This document shows positions 19,891 through 29,200 of a stretch of 64,000 nucleotides of DNA, in pieces. Source of the DNA: Bacteroidia bacterium (lineage in GTDB: Bacteria > Bacteroidota > Bacteroidia > AKYH767-A > OLB10); NCBI GenBank assembly GCA_039931675.1, contig JBDTRM010000260.1, forward strand, positions 10,620-74,619, read 5' to 3'. A model generated the notes under the pieces. It searched no databases. It was not told where the DNA came from and saw only the letters and a program-made list of their open reading frames with translations. The first letter of the stretch is position 1; each line of letters opens with the position of its first letter. The position numbers and the translations under genes were made by a program.

Positions 19891-22002
19891 TTATGTTAGT
19901 TCAATAATAATTTGCTGACCTTTTGTTATTGTTGTTCCGGGAGTGATGGATTGCTTGCTTACCGAACCGCGTCCAACTGCTTTTACTGACAGGCCGTTAC
20001 TTTCTAACAATTGCACTGCATCGCGTAATCCCATGCCTTTTACATCTGGAACTTTATTTATTTCAACTTTTATTGCCGTAGCTTTTTTATCAGTAACATT
20101 ATAGGTAAACCATGATACATCTTGCGGCATGTCAGCTTTTATTCCGGTAGCTGCAATAGCCTGTTGAGTAAAGCGTGAAGCACCTGCTTTAGGCATTGGA
20201 AGCTTTTGTGATAGCAAAGAATCTTTTTCCACTTCCTCATGCATGTCAATGCGTGTGGAATAAACCTTATCGGCAATTTCTTTAAACACAGGACCTGAAA
20301 CTACATTGCCATAATAAAACTTAGGCGACAAATCATAGATTACAACAATGCAACTGTAAAGAGGATTATCAGCAGGGAAGTAACCGCAGAAAGAAGCCTG
20401 GTATCTGACAGAATCATTAGAGCTGTAACCGCCTTTATCAAAAGCCATTTTTGCTGTACCTGTTTTACCGGCAATCTGAAATGTTTCAAATTTCAGATTG
20501 GTAGCAGTACCTCGCTGAACTACGCCTTCCATCATGATGCGTGCCTTTGCAACGGTTTTTGCAGAGCATATTGAATCAACTAAAACTTCAGTAGGGAAAC
20601 TCTTAACCAATTTTCCTTTTTGTAAAATCTCTTTTACAAACTTTGGTTTAACCATGCGGCCACCATTAGCAACTGCATTGTAAAAAGTTAAAGTTTGCAA
20701 CGGGGTTAATTTTGTTTCATAACCAATTGATGTAAAAGGCAACGTAACATTTGACCAGCCATGCTTTATGCTGCGCTCTGCCGGTGTGTGGATAACAGGC
20801 ATTGCTTCACCCGGAATCTGTAGGCCCAGCGGCTTGTCAAGATGCATGTAGCTTAAACGATTGGTAAACTTTTCAGGATTTTTCTGATAATATTTATAGA
20901 TCAGTTTTGATACCGCCACATTGGACGAGATTTCAAATGCATGCTGCACGCTAACTCTTCCATTATACCTGTGTGAATCTTTAATCGGAATTCCTGAGAA
21001 CATTTCATAGCCTGCACTGATGTCAACACTATCATCCAGGTCAACATAACCATCTTCTAAAGCAGTGATGAGTGAAGCGAGTTTGAAAGTAGAACCTGGT
21101 TCTGAACCGTAACCTACAGCGTAATTAAAACCTTCGTAGTAGCTGCCATCTTTGCCACGTGTAAGATTCGCTATGGCTTTTATCTCACCTGTTTGCACTT
21201 CCATCAGCACGGCACAGCCTCTTGGTGAATCGTGTGTAGAGAGTTGGGTATAAAGAGCATGTTCGGCAACATCCTGTATGTTTACGTCAATGGTAGTGAT
21301 TACATCATTGCCATCCTGCGGTTCAATTTCATTGTCATCATTGATGGGTTTGTAAATCCCACCTGCCATTTTTTGCATGATGCGTTTACCTACAACCCCA
21401 CTTAATGTCGTGTCAAATGCGCCTTCAATCCCCACAGGTTTTACTCCATCTATTTTATAACCTACAGTGCGAGCAGCAAGTTCGCGATATGGGCGTTCTC
21501 TGCGGCTGTCAGCAATTACAATGAGTCCGCCTTTGTAGCGACCTGCATTGAATACCGGTAATTTCTGAAGCGCTTTGTATTCTTTAAAGCTTGCATCTTT
21601 CTTTAGTAAGAAATATCGCTCGCCATCTCTGCGGGCATCACGCAATATTTTTTTATAGTCCTGTGAAGAATGATCCCCAAATATTTTTGATAGGCCATCA
21701 GCAAGCGAATCAACTTTTGCATTAAAATTCTCTTTATTAAATCCATCAGCTTTTGTATCAATACGGAGTTCATAAATAGGAGTAGAGGTAGCGAGTAAAC
21801 TTCCATCGCTTGAATAAACATTGCCACGTGAAGGTTGTATGGTCATCATCTTAAGCATCAGGCTGTCGGCTTTTGCAGCCCATTTTTTACCTTCTACAAA
21901 TTTTATTTTCACTACCTGTATAAGAATAGCAAGAGCGAATGCACAGATAAAACTGTACACTAACCATACCCTCCACATAATATCCTTTTTGGTAGTACTC
22001 AT
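19891..22002 (-). CDS. ftsI: Penicillin-binding transpeptidase with C-terminal PASTA domain
   Basis: EPGSTFK, SSN and KTGT motifs; VPDVKGMGLRDA PASTA repeat. Confidence 0.93.
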   Translation of the reverse strand: MSTTKKDIMWRVWLVYSFICAFALAILIQVVKIKFVEGKKWAAKADSLMLKMMTIQPSRGNVYSSDGSLLATSTPIYELRIDTKADGFNKENFNAKVDSLADGLSKIFGDHSSQDYKKILRDARRDGERYFLLKKDASFKEYKALQKLPVFNAGRYKGGLIVIADSRRERPYRELAARTVGYKIDGVKPVGIEGAFDTTLSGVVGKRIMQKMAGGIYKPINDDNEIEPQDGNDVITTIDVNIQDVAEHALYTQLSTHDSPRGCAVLMEVQTGEIKAIANLTRGKDGSYYEGFNYAVGYGSEPGSTFKLASLITALEDGYVDLDDSVDISAGYEMFSGIPIKDSHRYNGRVSVQHAFEISSNVAVSKLIYKYYQKNPEKFTNRLSYMHLDKPLGLQIPGEAMPVIHTPAERSIKHGWSNVTLPFTSIGYETKLTPLQTLTFYNAVANGGRMVKPKFVKEILQKGKLVKSFPTEVLVDSICSAKTVAKARIMMEGVVQRGTATNLKFETFQIAGKTGTAKMAFDKGGYSSNDSVRYQASFCGYFPADNPLYSCIVVIYDLSPKFYYGNVVSGPVFKEIADKVYSTRIDMHEEVEKDSLLSQKLPMPKAGASRFTQQAIAATGIKADMPQDVSWFTYNVTDKKATAIKVEINKVPDVKGMGLRDAVQLLESNGLSVKAVGRGSVSKQSITPGTTITKGQQIIIELT

Positions 22003-22011
22003 TTGTTTGAT

Positions 22012-22060
22012 GCTTTTGGCTTTTGGCCTTTGGCTATTTGCTATTTGCTATTTGCTATTT
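22012..22060. repeat. Heptamer array GCTTTTG/GCTATTT x7 overlapping the ftsL stop
   Basis: Read directly; supplies the last codons (IANSK*) of ftsL. Confidence 0.9.
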
Positions 22061-22457
22061 GTTGTACCACTATTTTGCGTGGCGGCACTATTGATTCTTT
22101 TAAATTATATTTTGAAACTTCGGCTGCTACTGCCGATTGCTTGCTCTTTTGCATCAACTCTGTTTTGCTTGCTATATATTCTGAGCGTAATTCCTTAATG
22201 TCTTTTCCTGTTTTATCAATGGCGCGAACCATTTTATCAGCATGATAACTGTTGCCTATATAAAGCAATGCAAACACCATCAGGAAAAATATATAAGGCA
22301 TTACACTTACCATCATGTCTTTGCTTACATAGCCCATGATGTTCATGCTGCTGATAATTTTTCCTACCGCACCTTTTCCTTCGGCTGCTGCCTGCGCAGG
22401 CTGTGGTGCGGGTTGCTCTTCAACTTCAGGTGCTTCCTGTTTTTTAAACTCATTCAT
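22041..22457 (-). CDS. ftsL: FtsL-like cell division protein
   Basis: Single TM helix then coiled coil (IKELRSEYI), PPRKI; lies between rsmH and ftsI. Confidence 0.8.
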   Translation of the reverse strand: MNEFKKQEAPEVEEQPAPQPAQAAAEGKGAVGKIISSMNIMGYVSKDMMVSVMPYIFFLMVFALLYIGNSYHADKMVRAIDKTGKDIKELRSEYIASKTELMQKSKQSAVAAEVSKYNLKESIVPPRKIVVQQIANSK

Positions 22458-22548
22458 AATCTGGTGATGGAACAGGGTATAACGTAACTGTTAGTAATTT
22501 TTAATCTTTAATAACTTTCTCGTAAGCCATTGAAATTTTATTGTTGCC

Positions 22549-23445
22549 TTAAATCTTAATTGCAACTCTTAATTTTGCGCTTCGCGATCTCGGATTAGTG
22601 CTTTGCTCTGCTGCTGTGGGAGTGACAGGCTTTTTATATGCTGCCTTAAATTGTACATTGATGCGGTTGCCGTAAAAATCTTTTTCATCCTCACCTTCAA
22701 AATTTCCTTTACTGATAAAATTTTTAACCAACCTGTCTTCTAAAGAGTGGTAACTCATTACTACTAATCTTCCTCCGCTTATAAGCACTTCCGCACTTTG
22801 TTCTAAAAAATCCTTCAATGCATCCAACTCTTCATTAACTTCGATACGCAGTGCCTGGAAAACCTGTGCGTAATATTGATTTGCTTTTGCCGCGCTCACA
22901 CATTTTGCCAACACGTTTTTTAAATCATCAGTGGTGCTTATTGGATGTGTGTTTCGCGCTTCCACTATTGCTGCTGCCAATGTTTTTGCATTTCGTATTT
23001 CACCGTAAGCTGAGAACAATTGCTGTAATTTTTTTTCATCGTAACCGGCCAGAATTTGCTTTGCAGTTTTAGCTGCATTGCGATTCATCCGCATATCCAG
23101 GTCACTGTTAAACCTTGTACTGAAACCCCTTGAAGCTGTATCAAACTGGTGTGATGAAACGCCCAGGTCGGCCAGAATTCCATCTACAGGGAGTGCATTG
23201 TGAAATTTTAAAAACTGCCTGAGGTATTTAAAATTCTGATTAACCAATGTGAACCGATCATCATCAATTTTATTTTTCAAAGCATCTTCATCCTGGTCAA
23301 AGGCAATCAATCTTCCGTTTTTCAATCGCTCCATTATCGCCCTGCTGTGACCTCCTCCTCCATAAGTTACATCAACATAAATTCCGTTTTCTTTTATCTC
23401 AAGTGCATCTATACACTCCTGCAACATCACCGGTTGATGGTACAT
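22549..23445 (-). CDS. rsmH: 16S rRNA m4C1402 methyltransferase
   Basis: YHQPVML, GGGGHS, DLGVSSHQ, FQALRIEVN, SYHSLEDR, NPRSRSAKLR. Confidence 0.98.
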   Translation of the reverse strand: MYHQPVMLQECIDALEIKENGIYVDVTYGGGGHSRAIMERLKNGRLIAFDQDEDALKNKIDDDRFTLVNQNFKYLRQFLKFHNALPVDGILADLGVSSHQFDTASRGFSTRFNSDLDMRMNRNAAKTAKQILAGYDEKKLQQLFSAYGEIRNAKTLAAAIVEARNTHPISTTDDLKNVLAKCVSAAKANQYYAQVFQALRIEVNEELDALKDFLEQSAEVLISGGRLVVMSYHSLEDRLVKNFISKGNFEGEDEKDFYGNRINVQFKAAYKKPVTPTAAEQSTNPRSRSAKLRVAIKI

Positions 23446-23448
23446 TGT

Positions 23449-23916
23449 TTACTGCGGAATATTAAAATTCAATTTGCCCATCACCTCTTCAGTCAATGCA
23501 TTCATTTCTTCGGCATTGATATCAGCGTGCATCTTTTCAAACTTTTTCACATCCCATATTTCAACGCTGTGACCATAAGCAAATAAGACACAGTCTTTAT
23601 CAATGCCTGCCAGGTCGAGCAATCGCTTGGGAATCTGTATGCGACTCACGCTGTCTAACTCAACTTCAACCACACCTTTAAAAAATGAACGGACGAAATC
23701 ACGGTTCTTTTTAATCCAGGTATTGAGCTGACCTAACTGCGCTGCAATTTTTTTCCATTCATCCATAGGATAAAGCACAAGACAATCTTCAAAACCTTTT
23801 TTCAACACAAACTTTTCCTGCGCCTCGCTCGAAAGCTGCCTGCGCAAAGCCACAGGAAATGAGATGCGCCCTTTGGCATCTATCCTCACTTCATGTTCGC
23901 CTAAAAACTGTGTCAT
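23449..23916 (-). CDS. mraZ: Transcriptional regulator MraZ
   Basis: IDAKGRISFP and ELDSVSRIQIP repeats, VEIWD; first gene of the dcw cluster. Confidence 0.95.
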   Translation of the reverse strand: MTQFLGEHEVRIDAKGRISFPVALRRQLSSEAQEKFVLKKGFEDCLVLYPMDEWKKIAAQLGQLNTWIKKNRDFVRSFFKGVVEVELDSVSRIQIPKRLLDLAGIDKDCVLFAYGHSVEIWDVKKFEKMHADINAEEMNALTEEVMGKLNFNIPQ

Positions 23917-24020
23917 TATTGAATTGAATTTTTTAATAACCTCCCCACTAAACCCCTCTTTTGAATGGAGGGGAGTAAGTGCGGAGTGTTTACTTTTTCA
24001 TGCTTCCCTTTTAGCGGTGT

Positions 24021-24064
24021 CAAATATAAATGAGAATAATCCACTAAATCACATAAAAATCCAC
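24021..24064 (-). promoter_or_regulatory. dcw promoter -7 box with probable MraZ repeats
   Basis: TATATTTG at 24021-24028 (minus); GTGG boxes at 24041-44 and 24061-64, 20 bp apart. Confidence 0.55.
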
Positions 24065-24245
24065 TTTTGTTAATAAATTGTTTCCTGTAGCTGTTGAAAC
24101 TGTTATGACCTCCTGTATCTTAAACGCCTGTGTATGATGAGCAAAGTCATTAAAAGGCAATATTCACAATAGTCTTCATTTGATTTAATTAACTTGTTTA
24201 TGTCATTAACGCAACATAATGTTAAAAATTATGTGAAAAAATATG

Positions 24246-24260
24246 GTGGGAGTGAGTGGG
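24246..24260 (+). promoter_or_regulatory. Second MraZ-type repeat GTGGG-N5-GTGGG
   Basis: TGGG direct repeats spaced 10 bp apart, like described MraZ operators. Confidence 0.45.
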
Positions 24261-24409
24261 GGTAAAATACAAAATATTACTTTTCGCTCACTTAAATTAA
24301 TGCACATTGCATTTTATAAGGCCTGAACGAAAGCCCGGGCAACAAAAAATTATTTGTGGTTTAAACTTAATGGTGTAGGTTTGAAAAGCATTACTAAACA
24401 CTTTTTATT

Positions 24410-25180
24410 ATGCAATACGAAATAAAAAAAGAAGGCGAGTTTCAGTTTATTGATGAAGGCCAGGGGCCGGTTATGTTGTTGTTGCACGGCCTCTTTGGTG
24501 CATTGAGTAACTGGGTGGATGTGGTGGAAAAATTCAGGCACAACTTCAGGGTGGTGATTCCGCTTATGCCTATTTATGCCTTACCTGTGCTTTCTACCAA
24601 CGTGAAGGAGCTTGAAAAATTTATACAGAAATTTATTGAATTCAAAAACTTTCGCAATATTAATCTGGTGGGCAACTCGCTTGGCGGCCATGTGGCATTG
24701 GTGCATGTATCAAGACACCAGGACAATGTAAATACGTTGATACTTACCGGCAGTTCGGGTTTATATGAAAACGCTATGGGCGGCAGTTTTCCCCGCAGGG
24801 AAGATTATGATTTTATCAGAAAGAAAGTAGAAGTTACTTTTTATGACCCCAAATCGGCTACCAAGGAATTGGTTGATGAATGTTTTACCATTATTAACGA
24901 CCGCAATAAACTCATACGCATACTTGCTTTGGCCAAGAGTGCAATAAGGCATAACATGACTAAGGAGATACATATTATAGCAGTACCCACTTGCCTTATA
25001 TGGGGACGCAACGATACCATTACTCCGCCTGATGTTGCTGAAGAATTCCATAAACTGATCAAGGACAGTGATTTGTATTGGATAGATAAATGCGGCCATG
25101 CAGCCATGATGGAACATCCGCATGAGTTTAATGAGGTGCTTGAGAAGTGGCTTGTTATGAAGGGTGTGATGGTGGTGTGA
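24410..25180 (+). CDS. Alpha/beta-fold hydrolase
   Basis: LLHGLFG, nucleophile elbow GNSLGG, IWGRND, CGHAAMMEHP. Confidence 0.92.
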   Translation: MQYEIKKEGEFQFIDEGQGPVMLLLHGLFGALSNWVDVVEKFRHNFRVVIPLMPIYALPVLSTNVKELEKFIQKFIEFKNFRNINLVGNSLGGHVALVHVSRHQDNVNTLILTGSSGLYENAMGGSFPRREDYDFIRKKVEVTFYDPKSATKELVDECFTIINDRNKLIRILALAKSAIRHNMTKEIHIIAVPTCLIWGRNDTITPPDVAEEFHKLIKDSDLYWIDKCGHAAMMEHPHEFNEVLEKWLVMKGVMVV

Positions 25181-25209
25181 TTTTAGTTAATAGAAAGAAT
25201 TTATTTTTT

Positions 25210-25446
25210 AATCAGCTTAATCATATAAATCATACGAATCATAGTTCAGACAATTATTCGCCATCACCTGTCTGAATTGTGATTCTTCTGATTCCTTTGA
25301 TTGATGTAATTATTTATCTGATTATGATTTTTTTTCTTTTGCAATTACGTATGATTTTTCTCATTAATCATTTTTTTTGTCACACGAATCACAAAAATTA
25401 TAGTTCAGTCATTTTCTATGCGATTCATGAAATCAAAGTTCAGACA
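25210..25446. repeat. Left repeat block of the GxxExxY cassette (9-bp AATCA periodicity, AGTTCAGACA ends)
   Basis: 25337-25446 matches 25904-26012 with about 4 substitutions and 1 indel. Confidence 0.85.
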
Positions 25447-25835
25447 GCCTTATATTTCTTGTTCGTAAATCTCTTAAATTTCAAACTTGTTTCACCGAAG
25501 TTAATCAGCAACCCGATTTCTAAATTGTATGCTTCTAAATAGTTTATGGCTTGTGCAAAATTTGTATCGTCTAATTTAGTGGTTGCTTTTAACTCAACAG
25601 AAATTATTTCTTCAACCAAGAAGTCAACCCGTCTCGTTTCGAGAGGACGCTCTTTATAAAAAATTGGCATCTAAAATTCTCTTTTAAATTTAATCCCTTG
25701 CAATTCCATTTCAATAGCCAATGCCCGTTGGTAAATTACTTCCTGAAATCCATTGCCAAGAATTTTATGTACTTCCATTGCACACCCAATTATTTTGGAA
25801 GTAAGTTCTGAGTATTTGTATCGTTCTTTTATCAT
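25440..25835 (-). pseudogene. GxxExxY protein (PD-(D/E)xK-like) interrupted by an in-frame TAG
   Basis: MIKERYKYSELTSKIIGCAMEVHKILGNGFQEVIYQRAL...KREF*MPIFY...RRVDFLVE...VELKA...QAINYL...GLLINFG; TAG at 25671-25673. Confidence 0.9.
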
Positions 25836-25884
25836 GACTGTAATTGTGGTCTTAACTATAATTCGTTTGATTCCTGCGTTTTAT

Positions 25885-26063
25885 TGTCTGAACTGTGATT
25901 TTTTTTTGCAATTACGCATGATTTTTCTCATTAATCATTTTTTTGTCACACGAATCACAAAAATCATAGTTCAGACATTTTCTATGCGAATCATGAAATC
26001 AAAGTTCAGACATTTTTATTCAATCAAAGTTCAGACATTTTTATGCGAATCACAGTTCAGACA
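25885..26063. repeat. Right repeat block: TGTCTGAACT...AGTTCAGACA inverted element plus three extra right ends
   Basis: AGTTCAGACA at 25968, 26003, 26028 and 26054; inverse copy at 25885. Confidence 0.85.
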
Positions 26064-26291
26064 ATTTACCCAGCAATTGCAACATTTATTTCCTGGATAA
26101 TATTTTCATAATCCGCAGGAAAAACTTTCTTGAATTTGCTTAAACCTCCCCTTATCAGCAAAGACGGGCAATTCTATTAAATCATTTTCATCCAACGTCA
26201 TGTTTTGTTTTAAATGTTATTTTGAAATTCGTATTATGCCGGAAATTTATTAAGATGCTTATATTTACGCAGTTTTAAAGATTGATTAATT

Positions 26292-29200
26292 ATGACAGGA
26301 AGCCCTATTGTTGATGTTACACCTACTTCAAACGTTGTTCAGTTTTTTGATGAGCAACGTGCGAAAACGCCTATGGCACCCGCCATCCAGTTTCATGACA
26401 AGGTTTTGACTTATGATGAATTAAATGAAGCTGCCAACCGTCTTGCAAATTTTCTGATTGAAAAAAACATTGGTAAGAATAACCTTGTTGGTTTGTGCCT
26501 GGAGCGTTCTCTTGCGCTTGGAATAGGGGTGTTAGGAATTTTGAAATCGGGCGCAGCATATATTCCTTTCGATTCTGAATATCCCGCTGACAGAATTTCC
26601 AATATGCTGCAAACAGCAAAGTGTGATATTATCATCACGCAGCAAAATTTTTTAGGCTTGTTTAAAGATTCAAATTGCCGGGTATTTGCATGGGAGGATG
26701 CGGCTGAAAAAATAAATCAGCAATCAGCAATGAATCCTGAAGTAGCAATAACTAAAGATGATTTATTGTATGTATTGTTTACTTCGGGAAGCACCGGTGT
26801 ACCTAAGGGTGTTGCTATGCGTCACGAGCCATTGGTAAATTTAATGCGATGGCAAAAAAAGGAAGGTGTTTTAGTTGAGCCTGCACGTACTTTACAATAT
26901 TGCTCTATCAATTTTGATGTTTCGTTCCAAGAAATATTAACCTGCTGGTCAACAGGCGGATGTTTGTATATAATAGACGATATACTGCGATATAATCCAC
27001 TGATGCTTTTAAAATTTATTGAGGCCAATAAAATCGAACGATTGTTTTTGGTGTTCAGTTCGCTACAGCAGCTTTGCCAGGTGGCTGTTGAAAATAAAAT
27101 TTTTCCATCATCATTAAAAGACATCATAACAGGTGGTGAGCAATTGGAGATTACTCCTCATATAATTTCATTTTTTGAAAATATTGAAGGCTGCGTGCTG
27201 CATAATCATTACGGCCCCACAGAAACAAATGTTGTAACAACTTATACATTTAAAGGAAATCCTTCTCAGTGGAATAGCCTGCCGCCAATCGGGAAACCAA
27301 TTGCCAATGACCTGGTTTATATTCTGGATGAAAACCTTTATCCTGTTAAGCATGGCAATGAAGGTGAATTGTATGTTGGCGGAGTATGCCTTGCCAGGGG
27401 TTATGTGAACAGGGATGATTTGACGAGAAAACACTTTATTAAAGATCCGTTTTCAGATAGCAGGAATGCACGCATGTATAAGACAGGCGATCTTGTAAAA
27501 GTATTGACTGATGGCAATATTCAATACACGGGGCGAAAAGACGAACAGGTTAAAATTCGCGGTTACAGGATTGAACTTGCCGAGGTTGAGCTTGCTATTT
27601 CCTCGAGCGAAGATTTCAAACAGGTTGTTGTAGTGATGCGCGAGGATCAGCCCGGACTGAAACGATTAGTAGCTTACATTGATCCCGGTGTGAATTCGAA
27701 AATCAATATTAATAACTTGAGAAAAAAAATAAGCGGCAAGCTTCCTGATTATATGATTCCTTCCGCATTTGTTTTTCTGGAAAAATTTCCGCGCATGGCG
27801 AGCGGAAAAATTGATCGCAGAAATCTTCCGGTTCCGGAAATAAAACGTCCTGAAATTTCAACTTCGTATATCGCTCCTGTTACAGCCACTGAAAAAGAAA
27901 TTGCAAAAATATGGAGCGAATTATTATTGATTGATAAAACGGGAGTGAATGATAATTTTTTTGATTTGGGAGGAAACTCGCTGTTAGCAGTGCAATTCAT
28001 CACGCGTTATGCAAAACAAGCAGGAATTGATATTCCGATTGTGAAATTGTATGAGCATTCAAGTATAAAAGAATTATGTGATCACCTCCAGGATAAATCA
28101 ACGCCATTAAATGTGCTCGAAAAAGCTATTGAACGAAAAGTGCTTGCGGGTGCAGGACGAGGCCATGAAAATAAAACGATTGAAGACGGCATAGCAATCA
28201 TTGGCATGAGCGGCCGTTTTCCCGGTGCGCGAAATGTTGAAGAGCTTTGGAATAATTTATTGAATGGAGTTGAAAGCACTTCATTTTTTAAACCCGGAGA
28301 TATTGATCCGTATGTTGATGATGAAACTAAAAATGATCCTAATTATATTGGTGCGAGAGGAATAATGGATGATGCCGATAAGTTTGATGCAGGTTTTTTT
28401 GGAATGAATCCAAGGGTTGCAGAAATAACCGATCCGCAACAGCGCATATTTTTAGAACTAGCATGGGAGGCATTGGAGCATGCAGGTTATGCTGCTGATT
28501 CGCATAGGGGTTTGGTTGGAACTTTTGCAGGAGCCGGTTACAATTCATACTATATTAACAATGTGTTGTCTCGCAAAGATGTGATGAATCGTGTGGGTTC
28601 ATTCCAGGCAATATTGAGCAATGAAAAAGATTATCTCGCCACGCTAACTTCTTACCTGCTTGATTTAAAAGGACCGGCAATGAGCATTCACACGGCTTGC
28701 TCCACTTCGCTGGTAGCAGTAATAGAAGCTGTAAAATCATTGCGTGGATTTGAATGTGACCTGGCTATTGCCGGTGGCATTGCCATTACATCACCTGTAA
28801 AAAGCGGTCACATTTATTCTGAAGGATCGTTATATTCAAAAGACGGGCACACGCGCTCTTTCAGTGCAGATGCCACCGGTACTACCTTCAGCGATGGTGG
28901 CGGCATAGTTGTTTTAAAAAGATATAAAGATGCATTGAAGGATGGCGACCAGGTATATGCAGTGTTGCGTGGAGTTGGCATAAATAATGACGGGCATGAT
29001 AAGGCAAGTTTTACAGCGCCAAGCGTGCAGGGGCAGGCATCGGTTATTGCAACAGCACAGGCAGATGCCGGCATTGATGCCGAAACAATTTCATACATAG
29101 AAGCTCATGGTACGGCAACTCCTATAGGTGATCCTATTGAGGTGGAGGCATTAACAAATGCATTCAGAAGCCAGACACAGGAAAAACAATTTTGTGCAAT

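Noticed and set aside
24205-24240. dif-like site (CATAA TGTTAAAAA TTATGTG)
   Set aside because: The spacer is 9 bp instead of 6 and the XerD arm is imperfect.
25279-26100. ORFs 25279..25542 and 25753..26100 with similar peptides
   Set aside because: They are translations of the direct repeats on the strand opposite the GxxExxY gene.
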